Below are positions 17,403 to 28,167 of a stretch of DNA of 64,000 nt, piece by piece. The position numbers were made by a program, and so were the translations under genes. Source of the stretch: Gemmatimonadales bacterium (GTDB lineage Bacteria > Gemmatimonadota > Gemmatimonadetes > Gemmatimonadales > GWC2-71-9); contig JBFJCP010000016.1 in assembly GCA_041615815.1 (NCBI GenBank), positions 1-64,000 of the forward strand. Reading direction: 5' to 3'. The notes under the pieces were generated by a model. That model was not told the origin of the DNA. It ran no database searches and saw only the letters and a list, made by a program, of their open reading frames with translations. Within the stretch, counting starts at the first letter, position 1. Each line of letters begins with the position of its first letter.

Positions 17403-18920
17403 ATGACTTCATTGGATCGACGCCAATTCGTGAGAACCGCCGGCCTCGGAATCGGAGGCGTGGTCGTTGGCCCCCGCGTGGCGTGGCCTGACGAGCGCGC
17501 CATGGCGCGTGCGTCGTCCGCCATGGACAGCTTCGTCCTGCTACGGCGGGAGCAGCAGAAACGGCGCGCGGAACTGCCGGAGGCCGCGTCCGCGCACCGG
17601 CTCCCGCTCGAGTGGTACCACGCCAAGGCTCGGGCGCTCAAACAGGAGGCCTCCCGTCGCGGAGTGGACGGAGGTCTTCTGCTCACCCAGCGCTGGAACA
17701 TCATCTATACCACGGGACTGTTTCACTCCACGACGGAACGTCCCTTTGCTTGCTTCCTACCCATGGATCGGGACGATGGGCTCATTTGGCTGAATCCGTA
17801 TCTCGACCACGAGCTGGTCCGTTCCTGGTGGGCCACGGACAGTCATGGATACTTCGATTATCACCACGCCGCTGGGGGATTCCCCAGTGAGGGGCAGGTG
17901 CGCCAGGGTCACACGGTCAATATCCACCGGTGGTGGGGCGAGACGCTCGCGCGCCTCGGGTATGACGGCAGGACGATCGGGATCGACAGCGGTGGCGCGG
18001 CCGAACTCGGCCTGTTGCCCGGGCAGGACGACGACGAACGGCTGAATACCTTCGGTGACTTCGATACGCCCGCGAAAGAACGGCCGGAGGGCGGGAAGTT
18101 CGGTGCCGTGGCCGCGGCCATGCCGCGCTCGCAGTTCGTGGATGTCTACGACATCCTGATGCGACATCGCATGGTCAAGGACGCTGCGGAGAATGCGCTG
18201 ACACAGCGGGCGATGGACTATTTCTCGGAGCTTCACGCCTTTGTCCGCAACTACATCGTCGAACGGGGCGTAGGCACGCTCGATTGGGAGATCGAGAACG
18301 CCGCCCGTCTCTGGGGGATGCACCGCATCATGCAGGATATCCCACAAGCCGGCGAACCGCACAACGCCGTGGGGATCACCGTCGGTGTGGGCTGCCGGAC
18401 CGGGCGTAAGACGGCATACCCCCACCCCAACCAGGTTTCATGGGCACGCATCGAACGGGGACATGCACTGCAGTTTGCCGGAGGCGTCCGGATTGGAGGC
18501 TACGGCGGTGAGCAGTATCGCTCATTCCTCTTCGCGCCGTGGACGGACTGGCAGGAGAAGGTTTGGGACGTTCACACGGCGACGTACTTCATGCAGGCGG
18601 AGGCCGCGAAGGCCGGTGCCACCTGCTCGTCGGTCGCCAAGGTCGTGCACGACTACCAGGTCGCCAACGACTGCAGCCATCTCGTCTATCACCGGCCGGG
18701 CCATGGCGAGGGGATGGAAGGACACCAACCGCCGTATCATGCCCTCGGCGACTACACTATCATGCGATCGGGGATGCATTTCTCGAATGAACCCGGACTC
18801 TATGATCCCGAGCACGGGTTCGGATTCAACCACTCCAACAACATTCTGGTTGCGCCAACCAAGGGACTGCAGATGGGAACGGCGCCATGCGACCGGGAGT
18901 GGTGCTTGTTGGAGCTCTAG
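17403..18920 (+). CDS. Tat-exported M24 (Xaa-Pro/creatinase-like) peptidase
   Basis: DRRQFV Tat motif; HRPGHGEGMEGH and SNEPGLY. Confidence 0.85.
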   Translation: MTSLDRRQFVRTAGLGIGGVVVGPRVAWPDERAMARASSAMDSFVLLRREQQKRRAELPEAASAHRLPLEWYHAKARALKQEASRRGVDGGLLLTQRWNIIYTTGLFHSTTERPFACFLPMDRDDGLIWLNPYLDHELVRSWWATDSHGYFDYHHAAGGFPSEGQVRQGHTVNIHRWWGETLARLGYDGRTIGIDSGGAAELGLLPGQDDDERLNTFGDFDTPAKERPEGGKFGAVAAAMPRSQFVDVYDILMRHRMVKDAAENALTQRAMDYFSELHAFVRNYIVERGVGTLDWEIENAARLWGMHRIMQDIPQAGEPHNAVGITVGVGCRTGRKTAYPHPNQVSWARIERGHALQFAGGVRIGGYGGEQYRSFLFAPWTDWQEKVWDVHTATYFMQAEAAKAGATCSSVAKVVHDYQVANDCSHLVYHRPGHGEGMEGHQPPYHALGDYTIMRSGMHFSNEPGLYDPEHGFGFNHSNNILVAPTKGLQMGTAPCDREWCLLEL

Positions 18921-18940
18921 AACGGCGAAGGCAAACCGAA

Positions 18941-18984
18941 GAATGCAGAATGGTAGGGTGACCGGGATCTACCATTCTGCATTC
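18941..18984. terminator. Perfect 16-bp hairpin between convergent genes, probable bidirectional terminator
   Basis: GAATGCAGAATGGTAG-N12-CTACCATTCTGCATTC. Confidence 0.7.
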
Positions 18985-18999
18985 GACCGTCTGCGGTCT

Positions 19000-20682
19000 C
19001 TACTCGTTGTTCCCCCACCCCCTCCATCCCGGCCCCCGCACGACTCGGCCGGGCGTGGCACCCGTGTGTTCGCCGTTTTCCAACACCTGAACGCCATTGA
19101 CGAAGACGTGTTGAACCCCGGTCGCGTACTGATGAGGCTGGTCAAACGTCGCGTGGTCTTGGATCGTGGCAGGATCGAACACGACGACATCACCAAAGTA
19201 GCCCGGTGTGAGCGCGCCGCGACGACGGATCTTGAGGTTGCTGGCGGGAAGGGTCGTGAGCTTGCGTACCGCGTCCTCGAGCGGAATCACGTGTTCGTCC
19301 CGAACGTACTTGCCCAGGAGCCTCGCGAAGTTTCCGTACGCACGAGGGTGGGGATTGGATTTCACGAATACCCCTTCGGTCGCGGGCGCACCCGCATCCG
19401 AACCGAAGCTCAACCACGGAAGGGCAATCTGCCGTTTGACGTTGTCCTCCGACATCAGGAAGTACACGGTGCCGACCCGGCTGTCGTCCTCGATCACAAG
19501 GTCCATGGCGGTGACTTCGGGGGTCGTGCCTCGCTCGGCAGCCACCTGGGCGAGCGTCTTGCCGGTCAGCGATTTCAACGTGTCGTTCCTGAACCCGACC
19601 AGTAACGTCTGCTGCGGCCCGGCGGCCAAATAGAGATTCTCCCACTCGTCGGTCGGCGTGCGCATCTCACGGGCCACCCGACGGCGGATGGCCGGATTCT
19701 TGAGTCGCTCCACCCAGGCATCGTGGCCACCTTCCTGGACCCAGGGGGGCATGGCGGCATCGAGACCGGTGGCGCCTGCCGTGTAGGTATACATATCCGC
19801 GCTGATCTCCAGCCCGGCGGCGCGCGCCGCGTTTACCCGTTCAATCACCCCATTCAACTTCCCCCAATTCGAGCGCCCCGCCGCCTTCAGGTGATAGATC
19901 TCGGCACGGATTCCCGACTCCCGGGCGATGGTGATCAGCTCGTCCACCGCCTCCAACAGCCGGTTCCCTTCGCTGCGCATATGCGAGATGTACATCCCGT
20001 CGTACTCCGCGGCGATGCGGGACAAGGCGATCAGCTCGTCCGTGTCGGCATAGAACGCCGGCGCATAGATGAGCGAGGACCCCACCCCCAGCGCACCATC
20101 TTCCATCGCCTGGCGCACTAGTGCCTGCATCCGCTCGAGCTCTTCGGCGCTGGGGCGACGGTCACTGTAACCGACTTCATGCACCCGCACGGTCGTGGCG
20201 CCAACGAACGAGGCCACGTTCGGTGCGATCCCCCGGGTCACGAGGTGGTCGAGATACTCGGCCAGTGTGGACCACGGAATGTCGTACTTGATATCGCCCT
20301 GAAGTGCGAGTTGCTCCTCCTTGATCGCGTCCGAATACGGTCCCATCGACCACCCTTCGCCGAAGACCTCGAGCGTAACGCCTTGTCGGATGTCGCTCTG
20401 CGCCTCGCCGTCTTCAATGAGTGACTCGGTGGCCCAACTCAACATATTGATGAACCCCGGGGTCACCGCCATGCCCGTGGCGTCGATCTCCGCGCGGCCG
20501 CCTCCGGCCGCGCTCGGGCCGACATAGGCGACGGTGTCACCATGAAGCGCCACATCGCCCACGAATGGTGGGTTTCCGCTACCATCGTAGATCGTACCGT
20601 TTCGGATGACGACGTCGTAGCGGGGCGAACAGGCCGCGGCGACGACACCCAGCAGCAGCAGCAGGACCGACTTGCGCGTCAT
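19000..20682 (-). CDS. N-acyl-D-amino acid deacylase (D-aminoacylase) family lipoprotein
   Basis: Lipobox AAAC; TPGFINMLSW, YISHMRSEG, YHLKAAG, SDAG, PHPRAYG. Start moved to ATG 20682. Confidence 0.9.
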   Translation of the reverse strand: MTRKSVLLLLLGVVAAACSPRYDVVIRNGTIYDGSGNPPFVGDVALHGDTVAYVGPSAAGGGRAEIDATGMAVTPGFINMLSWATESLIEDGEAQSDIRQGVTLEVFGEGWSMGPYSDAIKEEQLALQGDIKYDIPWSTLAEYLDHLVTRGIAPNVASFVGATTVRVHEVGYSDRRPSAEELERMQALVRQAMEDGALGVGSSLIYAPAFYADTDELIALSRIAAEYDGMYISHMRSEGNRLLEAVDELITIARESGIRAEIYHLKAAGRSNWGKLNGVIERVNAARAAGLEISADMYTYTAGATGLDAAMPPWVQEGGHDAWVERLKNPAIRRRVAREMRTPTDEWENLYLAAGPQQTLLVGFRNDTLKSLTGKTLAQVAAERGTTPEVTAMDLVIEDDSRVGTVYFLMSEDNVKRQIALPWLSFGSDAGAPATEGVFVKSNPHPRAYGNFARLLGKYVRDEHVIPLEDAVRKLTTLPASNLKIRRRGALTPGYFGDVVVFDPATIQDHATFDQPHQYATGVQHVFVNGVQVLENGEHTGATPGRVVRGPGWRGWGNNE

Positions 20683-20746
20683 GAAAGACTCCAAGTCATG
20701 GGATGAGGTGTGTGAATGGAGATCGGGTTGCGGTCGCGGCAGGCTC

Positions 20747-21172
20747 TCACGGCGACACCGCCTCAACGAACACCGGCACTTCGCGACACTCTTCTCGGCG
20801 CTCGAGCTCGGTCTGACGAGTCACTTCCCCCGTCCGCGGGTCGCGCACGCTACGAGTCACCGGCACCATGTGCTCGGCGCATTCGCGCACCACGCCATGG
20901 AGTCGCTGGCTGCGTGCGCGGAAACAGAACGGACCGCAGGCGAGCGCACAGCCATCGGTGCTGGTGCACTCGAAAACCGCATCGCTCCCGATCCAAAGGG
21001 TGTCTGGCACGACGGTTTCCACATCGCCATGGATGCGGAGCAATCCCGACGTGGCGGTCGCAACGATCTGCCACTGGTAGAGACCGGCGAGATCCTGCGG
21101 GAGGATCGGACGGGTTTGCGACCCTCCGCACCCAAGACACAGGACTGGCACCACACAGAGACGGGCCCACAT
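20747..21172 (-). CDS. Hypothetical lipoprotein-like protein
   Basis: MWARLCVVPVLCLGC signal/lipobox; no family recognised. Confidence 0.45.
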   Translation of the reverse strand: MWARLCVVPVLCLGCGGSQTRPILPQDLAGLYQWQIVATATSGLLRIHGDVETVVPDTLWIGSDAVFECTSTDGCALACGPFCFRARSQRLHGVVRECAEHMVPVTRSVRDPRTGEVTRQTELERREECREVPVFVEAVSP

Positions 21173-21302
21173 CGATAATCTGGCGACCGGCACAATGGAA
21201 ACTAAGCTCCGGTCACACGCTGCGTCAGCCACCCACGACCCACCCCTAGCGCTGGATCGGGCTCCGGCCCTAGCCTTTCAGAGTCCACACTCGGAGGCCA
21301 CC

Positions 21303-22208
21303 GTGCTGCGCATTTCGTCTTTCTTGCTGGCTGTCTTCTACTTCGGGACCACGGCAACTCCGCTCTCGGGACAGCAACGCCCGCTCAAGCTCTATATCTC
21401 GGCGGACATGGAAGGGGTCGTGGGTGCAGTGACCGGTGAGCAACTGGGGCCCGACGGCTTCGAGTACCAGCGTTCCCGGGAATTCATGACGCGCGAGGTA
21501 TTGGCTGCCATTCGGGGCGCCCGCGCGGCTGGGGTCCGGGAGATCCTAATCAGCGATTCGCACGGCAACGGTCAAAATCTCCTCATCGACCTGTTGCCGC
21601 CGGACATTCAGGTGGTGCGGTCCTGGCCCCGACCCCTCATGATGATGCAGGGCATCGACTCTACCTTCGATGCCGCCGTCTTCTTGGGATACCACTCCGG
21701 CACCACGAACCCGGACGGTGTCCGCGCCCACACCATCTCCAGTGCCCGTCTTGCAGACGTGCGATTGAATGGGCGATCCATGCCCGAGGCCGGCGTCAAC
21801 GCGGCGATTGCCGGCCACTTTGGGGTTCCCGTGATCATGATTTCGGGTGACGACGCCGCGGTGCGCGAAGCGCAAGACCTGCTGGGGCCGCTAGAGCCGG
21901 CCGTCGTGAAGTGGAACTACAGCTTTCACTCCGCGCGAACGCTGACGCCCGAGGCGTCCTACACGCTCATCGAGACCCGGATTCGCAACGCTCTCGCCCG
22001 GCTCGCCGAGTTCGAGCCGTTCGTCCTCAGCAGGCCGGTGACCCTCGACATTCGATTCAAGAATTACCGGCCCTCCCAATTGTTGGCGTACTTGCCATCG
22101 ATCGAGCGCACCGACGCCCACAGTATCCGCTTCGTCGGAGGCGACATGGTTACCATCTCGAGATTCCTGGAGTTCGTGACGTCGTACAGTCCGGGTCTCG
22201 AACCGTGA
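21303..22208 (+). CDS. M55 family D-aminopeptidase (DppA-like), secreted
   Basis: YISADMEG, DSHG, LGYH, AHT, SGDD. GTG start with GGAGG. Confidence 0.92.
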   Translation: MLRISSFLLAVFYFGTTATPLSGQQRPLKLYISADMEGVVGAVTGEQLGPDGFEYQRSREFMTREVLAAIRGARAAGVREILISDSHGNGQNLLIDLLPPDIQVVRSWPRPLMMMQGIDSTFDAAVFLGYHSGTTNPDGVRAHTISSARLADVRLNGRSMPEAGVNAAIAGHFGVPVIMISGDDAAVREAQDLLGPLEPAVVKWNYSFHSARTLTPEASYTLIETRIRNALARLAEFEPFVLSRPVTLDIRFKNYRPSQLLAYLPSIERTDAHSIRFVGGDMVTISRFLEFVTSYSPGLEP

Positions 22209-22233
22209 GGCGCGTTGGCAAGGGTGGGCGGGG

Positions 22234-23610
22234 CTAGGATCGAACGCGCCGGCGGAAGAACACCAGGCGGCGGACCAACCCCAACATGAGCCTGGTGTAG
22301 GCCACAAGGGTGGGCCACGGGTCTTTCCAGCTCCACGAGACGTGGGCATCGGCGCGGACGAACGCCTTCGCCGCCCGCCCGAACCATCGAAAGCCCTCAC
22401 CGATACCGATCGCCCCCCTGTCCCAGGCGTGGAGAATGCCGTCGAGATCCCCGTACGTCCACGCCAAACGCTTCCCCACCGGATAGTCCGCGCAGTCACG
22501 CTGCTCCAGCTCCATCCCCAGCGCCACGTCCACGGCCATTCTCGAGAAGTTCACACCGCACGCCGCTGCAATGCCGAAACCTGCACCCAGTCGAGGGTTC
22601 AACTCGAGGAACGACACCCTGCCCGTCCAGTCGTCCACCAGAAACTGCATGCACCCCGGGCCCTCGTAACCCAGCTTGCGCACGAGGGCATTCGTGTATT
22701 CGTCGAGATCGCGCCGCGGCGCTTCGGTAATGCCTTCCACGGTATAGCCGGTGTCGTTCAGCCGGTCCGTCCGTAGCGTCTTGGTCACGAACCGACACAC
22801 GATGCTGCCCTGACGGGCTACGATCTGGACGTTGCGCCGCTTGCCCGCCGCAAAGCCCTGAATGAGCACAGCGGACACATCCGGAAATTGGCCGAAGGCT
22901 CGAGCCAAATCCGCATCTGTGTTCAGTATGACGGCCTTCTGCCCGAACACACGGTGCAGTTGATCCGCCGGCTTGACCACACAGGGGAACCCAATGTCGT
23001 GCACCTGATAGCGGAGTTCGTTGAGCGTCGAGGCAAGGGCAAACATCGCCTGTGGGATGCCCAGTTCCGACGCGAGTCGACACATGGCGAGCTTGTCTCC
23101 GCATACCCGTACGACCTCGGGCGAGGGCATCACAAGGCGTACGTTCGTGGGGAACCGGGGCGCATGAGCGGCGAGAACGTCCACCTCGCGATCCCCCATG
23201 GGCATGATCGCATCGATCTCGGGATGGCCCGCGAGGAATACGTCGAGGGCGTCGATGAACCGCTCGCCGCCGTTCTGGATGCGAGGATGTGGCCAGTAGG
23301 CGGATACGTGCCTGGAATAACGACCGTACTGCACGTAGCTCTGCCCACCAATGAGCGTTCGGTACCCCACGCGTCTCAATGACCGGGCGTGGGTTAGCGC
23401 GTATCGATAGTCACCGAGGATCAGGACCGTGGGAGTCCGGAAGGATTCCCGACGCCCGTTGGCCGGCGTCGCGACGTCCCTCTCAGCAACCGCTACCGCC
23501 CGTAACCGTTCTGGTCGAGCCGCGCTGTCCTCACGCAGTTCCTGTGGCTGGTGACTCCGGGCAGCTTCGACCCGAACCGGGCGGCCGTTCCCCTCTCGAG
23601 AAACGTCCAC
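22234..23610 (-). CDS. ATP-grasp carboxylate-amine ligase, second copy (true start may be downstream)
   Basis: DKLAM, FPCVVKP, LIQGF, FLELNPR, DPWP. Confidence 0.82.
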   Translation of the reverse strand: MDVSREGNGRPVRVEAARSHQPQELREDSAARPERLRAVAVAERDVATPANGRRESFRTPTVLILGDYRYALTHARSLRRVGYRTLIGGQSYVQYGRYSRHVSAYWPHPRIQNGGERFIDALDVFLAGHPEIDAIMPMGDREVDVLAAHAPRFPTNVRLVMPSPEVVRVCGDKLAMCRLASELGIPQAMFALASTLNELRYQVHDIGFPCVVKPADQLHRVFGQKAVILNTDADLARAFGQFPDVSAVLIQGFAAGKRRNVQIVARQGSIVCRFVTKTLRTDRLNDTGYTVEGITEAPRRDLDEYTNALVRKLGYEGPGCMQFLVDDWTGRVSFLELNPRLGAGFGIAAACGVNFSRMAVDVALGMELEQRDCADYPVGKRLAWTYGDLDGILHAWDRGAIGIGEGFRWFGRAAKAFVRADAHVSWSWKDPWPTLVAYTRLMLGLVRRLVFFRRRVRS

Positions 23611-23855
23611 GCATGCTCCTCCATCTGGTGATTACCCCTCGATAAAGCAAGGATCAGACCAGATGTGGCCCGCCGACAACAAGCGCGGGCGACGGTGGAT
23701 GGATGCCCGCAAGAAACCGTGGCAGGACGGTATGGAGGAAACGCAACAGGTGGCTGAGGCGGGGAATTCTCAAGAGCTCCACTCCGACCGCGACACTCAG
23801 CCTCTCCCTCACGTCTCTCTCCCGTACGCCGAAACTCCACCCCCCATCCTCCTCC

Positions 23856-24284
23856 TCAATCCCACAGCGGCAGACCCGTGGTCTCATCGTGGCCCCGCAC
23901 GAATTCAGTCCCCTCGAACACCTCGAGCACGAACTCGCAGGCAAACACCGTCGTGCCCGGGGCAAGGTGACCGCCGAAGGCCGTGCCGTCGCGGTCGCCG
24001 AGCGTGACGTGCGCGTGCACCATCGGTGCTCCGTCTCGGATGGAGACGTTGCCGCACAGCTTCGTGATTTCCAGCGGCCGGTTCAGCTCGAAGTAGCGAT
24101 ACTCGCGCCTGTCCTGATCGTAGTAGGCGAGGCGTGCGCATTCGACGGCCCCGATGGCTTCCAACCGCCCGGCCCGCACCTGCTCCGTCTCACAGATGTC
24201 GGTCAGGGCCTGGAGCAGATCGTCCCCGCGGCCGAGGCGCCCCATCAGCGTCCGTGCTGTTTGCACCGCTCTTGCCAAGGTCAT
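23856..24284 (-). CDS. PPC domain / DUF296 protein
   Basis: GDDLL, AIGAV, GNVS, HAHVTLGD, GGHL. ATG 24284 with GGAGGT. Confidence 0.9.
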   Translation of the reverse strand: MTLARAVQTARTLMGRLGRGDDLLQALTDICETEQVRAGRLEAIGAVECARLAYYDQDRREYRYFELNRPLEITKLCGNVSIRDGAPMVHAHVTLGDRDGTAFGGHLAPGTTVFACEFVLEVFEGTEFVRGHDETTGLPLWD

Positions 24285-24376
24285 CCACATACCTCCGCGT
24301 GAGTGACACCCTCTCTGTGTATTCCGCCCTCGTGCATGGGTTGACCAAGCGCTGCTGCGCATGGAGCTTTCGCTCG

Positions 24377-24898
24377 ATGCGCACCGCCGGTCGTTCCCCC
24401 CAGACCATCGGATTCTTCGGTCTGTTTGCCGTCGCCCTCGTCTCGGGGCCCGTGGGCCACGAGCCGGATCCTCCCGAGATCTATCGCTTCGATTTGGTCG
24501 CCACGGCACGGGCTCCGGGAGCGATCGGGACGGGTCTGTTGAACCTCGCCTGGTCTCCGTTTGGCGTGGCCGTGAGTGCGGACGGTTTCCTCGTGTACGA
24601 CCTGGCCCTCACAGTGGAACGCGTGATCGAACCCCAACGCCTTGGGCCGTTCACCACGTACGTCGCCTGGATCGCAACGCCATCACTCGACAAGATCGAA
24701 AAGCTCGGGTTCCTGTCCGCAGCCGGCAAGTTGGAGACGCAAATCGCGTCGTGGAACAAGTTCATCGTGCTCGTGACGGCGGAAGCCAGCACCGATGTGG
24801 AGCGGCGAACCGGCCCGGTGGTGCTGCAGGGGCGATCCCCGAGCGGGTTTATTGCGTCGTTTCAGAGTCACGAGCTGTTCAACCTCATGCCACACTGA
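24377..24898 (+). CDS. Secreted hypothetical protein coupled to the multicopper oxidase
   Basis: Signal peptide; YVAWIATP...FIVLVTAE; TGATG overlap with the next gene. Confidence 0.7.
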   Translation: MRTAGRSPQTIGFFGLFAVALVSGPVGHEPDPPEIYRFDLVATARAPGAIGTGLLNLAWSPFGVAVSADGFLVYDLALTVERVIEPQRLGPFTTYVAWIATPSLDKIEKLGFLSAAGKLETQIASWNKFIVLVTAEASTDVERRTGPVVLQGRSPSGFIASFQSHELFNLMPH

Positions 24899-26622
24899 TG
24901 TTCGCCCAATCCGTGATTGCACGCGGCGCGGCGCCGTTCTGTCTCGCCCTGCTCCTCGTCACCGTCCCGTTGCCCTGGGACAGCGCAATCGCGCAGCATC
25001 CCACCGGCCATCATGCGGATGCGGACACCACCACCTTGTCGTGGCGCATGCCCAGCATGCCCGGCATGAGCTTGATGATGCTCCCAGGGATGGCGGAGTA
25101 CCGTCCAGACATCACGCCGTTCTTGCCGGGCCTCGGGTTAGATCCCATGAATCTGCCGCGTGCGCGACCGCGAGAGGTGGCCACCCTCGGCGAGGGCGAT
25201 ACGCTCCATCTCCGATCGGCGCTGGTACGGCGAACGATTCTGGGAAAGACGTTCACCATGTATGGGTTCAACGGCCAGTACCCGGGACCCTTGATCCGCG
25301 TGATGCAGAACACGACCATCGTCGTGGACTTCACCAATGACATCGAACTGCCCACTACGATTCACTGGCACGGCGTGCGGCTCGACAACCGATTCGACGG
25401 CGTCCCTGGCGTCACGCAAGATCTCGTACCGCCCGGAGGCCGGTTCGTCTACCAAGTGCATTTTCCGGATGCCGGCGTGTACTGGTATCACCCACACCAC
25501 CGCGAGGACATTCAGCAGGAGCTGGGATTGTACGGCAACATGCTCGTGGACCCGGGCGACTCGACGTATTACAGCCTAGTGCATCGTGAAGAAATCCTGA
25601 TGCTGGACGATCTGTTGCTCCAGGAAGGCGGAATCGCTCCTTTTGGGCTCGAAACGTCCAACCACACCCTCATGGGCAGATTCGGCAACGTATTCCTCGT
25701 CAACGGAGAGCCGACGTATCAGCTGTCGGTGGATCGTGGCGAGGTCGTCCGATTCTTCCTGACCAACGTCTCGAATACGCGGATGTACAACCTTCAGGTG
25801 GGGGGTGCCCGGGTAAAGGCCATCGCGGGTGACATTGGGAAGTTCGAACGTGAGGCCTGGGTGCCGAGCGTGGTGTTGGCCCCGGCGGAGCGCTACGTCG
25901 TGGAGGCTCGTTTCGATCAGCCGGGCACGTACGCGCTTACCAATCGCGTGCAAGCGCTCAATCATCTTCTCGGCGAATTCTACGGCAAGGTGGATACGCT
26001 CGGGACGATTCGCGTGTCGGACCGATCCGCAGTGCCGGACTATGGGGTGTCCTTCGACCAGCTCCGAGCCAATACGGATGTCGCGGCTGATATCGCGCGC
26101 TACCGGCCACACTTCTCTCGCTCGCCCGACTTCGAGCTCGACCTCACCATTCGCGTCGGACAGCTTCCCCAGGGCATGATCCAATACATGAGCATCGATA
26201 CTACCTACTTCCCGCCGGTGGAGTGGAACGATGCCATGCCCATGATGAATTGGTTCACCAACGGGACAAACATCGAATGGCTCCTGCGCGATGCACGCTC
26301 CGGGGCCGAGAACATGGATATCGCCTGGCACCTTCCGGTGGGGGAGGTCACGAAGATTCGCCTACGAAACGATGAAGACGCGTTTCATCCCATGAGCCAC
26401 CCCATTCACCTGCACGGCCAACGGTTTCTCGTGGTGGAGCGGGACGGACGGCCCAATCCCAATCTCGTATGGAAGGAGACCGTGTTGGTGCCGGTTGGGT
26501 CGACGATCGATCTCCTGGTCGATGTGTCGAATCCCGGCAAATGGATGCTGCATTGTCACATTGCCGAGCATCTCGAGGCGGGTATGCGGATGATCATGAC
26601 CGTCGAGGATCAGTCGAGATGA
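24898..26622 (+). CDS. Multicopper oxidase (CueO/laccase-like)
   Basis: HWHG, WYHPH, HPIHLHG, HCHIAEHLEAGM; signal peptide; Met-rich N-terminus. Confidence 0.95.
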   Translation: MFAQSVIARGAAPFCLALLLVTVPLPWDSAIAQHPTGHHADADTTTLSWRMPSMPGMSLMMLPGMAEYRPDITPFLPGLGLDPMNLPRARPREVATLGEGDTLHLRSALVRRTILGKTFTMYGFNGQYPGPLIRVMQNTTIVVDFTNDIELPTTIHWHGVRLDNRFDGVPGVTQDLVPPGGRFVYQVHFPDAGVYWYHPHHREDIQQELGLYGNMLVDPGDSTYYSLVHREEILMLDDLLLQEGGIAPFGLETSNHTLMGRFGNVFLVNGEPTYQLSVDRGEVVRFFLTNVSNTRMYNLQVGGARVKAIAGDIGKFEREAWVPSVVLAPAERYVVEARFDQPGTYALTNRVQALNHLLGEFYGKVDTLGTIRVSDRSAVPDYGVSFDQLRANTDVAADIARYRPHFSRSPDFELDLTIRVGQLPQGMIQYMSIDTTYFPPVEWNDAMPMMNWFTNGTNIEWLLRDARSGAENMDIAWHLPVGEVTKIRLRNDEDAFHPMSHPIHLHGQRFLVVERDGRPNPNLVWKETVLVPVGSTIDLLVDVSNPGKWMLHCHIAEHLEAGMRMIMTVEDQSR

Positions 26623-26644
26623 GAACGTTGTCCGGAGGAACCTG

Positions 26645-28036
26645 ATGACCCGTCTGCACACGCGAAGCTGGAGCGTCGCGGTCTTCGCGACCCTGCTCCT
26701 CCCCGCCACCCCGGTGGCACAAGAAGTGTCGGTGGCTCGTCCCCACATGAGCGCGACCCCCGCCATCAAGGTCGGTGGAAGCGAAAACGTGGATCTCTTG
26801 GGGCACCTTCCCCTCGGTGGCTTCTTCCGCGTCACCGACATCGAGATGGAACAGGAACCCAATCGTCCGTTCGTGTACGTCTCGCAGGCGCGAGAGCGGG
26901 CGGGGTTCTCGGTGATCGACATCTCGGAACCCGAGAAGGCTCGCACCATCTTTCGTTGGACCATCGAGGACGTGGAGCTGCACCAGGGACTCGGTGGCAT
27001 GGACGGGAAGTACTTCAAGTCGAAGGGCAAATACTACTACGTTCAGTCCATGCAGTTCGCGCAGGGCGGGCCTGATGCCGATCTCGGTGCCGTGGTGTTC
27101 GACGTCACGGGCCTCCCGGACGTCTCCAAGGTACGCGAGGTGGCTCGCATCCGGGCGCCGGACACGCCAGGCGGGTTTCACAACATGTTCATGTACAAAC
27201 ACTCTTCCGGCCGGCCGCTGCTCGTCACCACCGTCCGGGGCCCGTGGGCCAACGTCTATGACATGGACCGCTTGCTGAGTGGTGATCGGGACCAAGGACT
27301 GATCGGACAGATTCCGGCACCCGATGCAAACAGCGGCCCCGGTGGGTATCACGATTTCTATCTCGGATACGACCCGGCAACCGGACGAGACAAATTCTAT
27401 GGTGCCGGACGGGGCGGGTATCATGTGTTCGACGTCACGGTGCCCGAAGATCCGCAGCTCCTCTTTTCCATGACCGGCACTCCGGGGGTCACCTGGGGAC
27501 ACACCTTCACCCCCACCCCCGACGGCAAGTACGCCGTCACGGAGGCCGAGTATCAATATGCGCCGCTGCGAATTTTCGATCTCCAGCCCGGGCAGAACGG
27601 AGAACGTCGCAATATTTCCCGTCCCATCAGCGCGTGGACCGCGGACTGGCGGGCGTTGGCGCACAACCACGAGATCCGATGGCCGTACGTCTTCGTGTCG
27701 GCGTACGAGGATGGCTTGCAGATCTTCAACATGATGGATCCCACGAATCCCATTACGGTGGGATGGTACTACACATACGACGGCCCCCACATGCGCGGCT
27801 ACGGCGGTTCACAAGCGCCGGACATGGTGGGCACGAGTGTCATGAACGGCGCCTTTGGCGTCGACGTGCGCAATACGGACGGACTGATCGTCATCAGCGA
27901 CTCCGCAACCGGGTTCTGGCTATTCCGCTTGGAAGGCTTTCAGGGATGGCAGGGTGAAGACTGGGGAATGCCCAACATCTCCAGTGTGCAGGACTGGGAT
28001 CGGGGTCCCGTGCGGACTACCACGGTCCTGCCGTAG
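26645..28036 (+). CDS. Secreted LVIVD-repeat beta-propeller protein
   Basis: Signal peptide; repeated VIDISEP/VFDVT/IFDL units; GFHNMF, YHD, AHNHE. Confidence 0.75.
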   Translation: MTRLHTRSWSVAVFATLLLPATPVAQEVSVARPHMSATPAIKVGGSENVDLLGHLPLGGFFRVTDIEMEQEPNRPFVYVSQARERAGFSVIDISEPEKARTIFRWTIEDVELHQGLGGMDGKYFKSKGKYYYVQSMQFAQGGPDADLGAVVFDVTGLPDVSKVREVARIRAPDTPGGFHNMFMYKHSSGRPLLVTTVRGPWANVYDMDRLLSGDRDQGLIGQIPAPDANSGPGGYHDFYLGYDPATGRDKFYGAGRGGYHVFDVTVPEDPQLLFSMTGTPGVTWGHTFTPTPDGKYAVTEAEYQYAPLRIFDLQPGQNGERRNISRPISAWTADWRALAHNHEIRWPYVFVSAYEDGLQIFNMMDPTNPITVGWYYTYDGPHMRGYGGSQAPDMVGTSVMNGAFGVDVRNTDGLIVISDSATGFWLFRLEGFQGWQGEDWGMPNISSVQDWDRGPVRTTTVLP

Positions 28037-28167
28037 AAGCGTCCGGCCGCCGGCGGCAGGCCAGCCGCCGCCGGCAGCCGGTCACACGGCGGTCGGCTCA
28101 CCTTCCCCGCACCTCCGTTGTGCACTGAATCACAACTCACCCACCTCGATCGCTCCAGGTTCAACCC

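Noticed and set aside
23955..23966. TGCCCGGGGC match to the tRNA-Leu 3' end as an att site
   Set aside because: Only about 10 bp, GC-rich and inside the DUF296 coding sequence; expected by chance.
24361..24897. ORF-track N-terminal extension of the multicopper oxidase (and similar extensions at 35463, 39192, 47990, 55407)
   Set aside because: Low-complexity Arg/Pro-rich translations that overlap other genes or intergenic DNA; better starts exist downstream.
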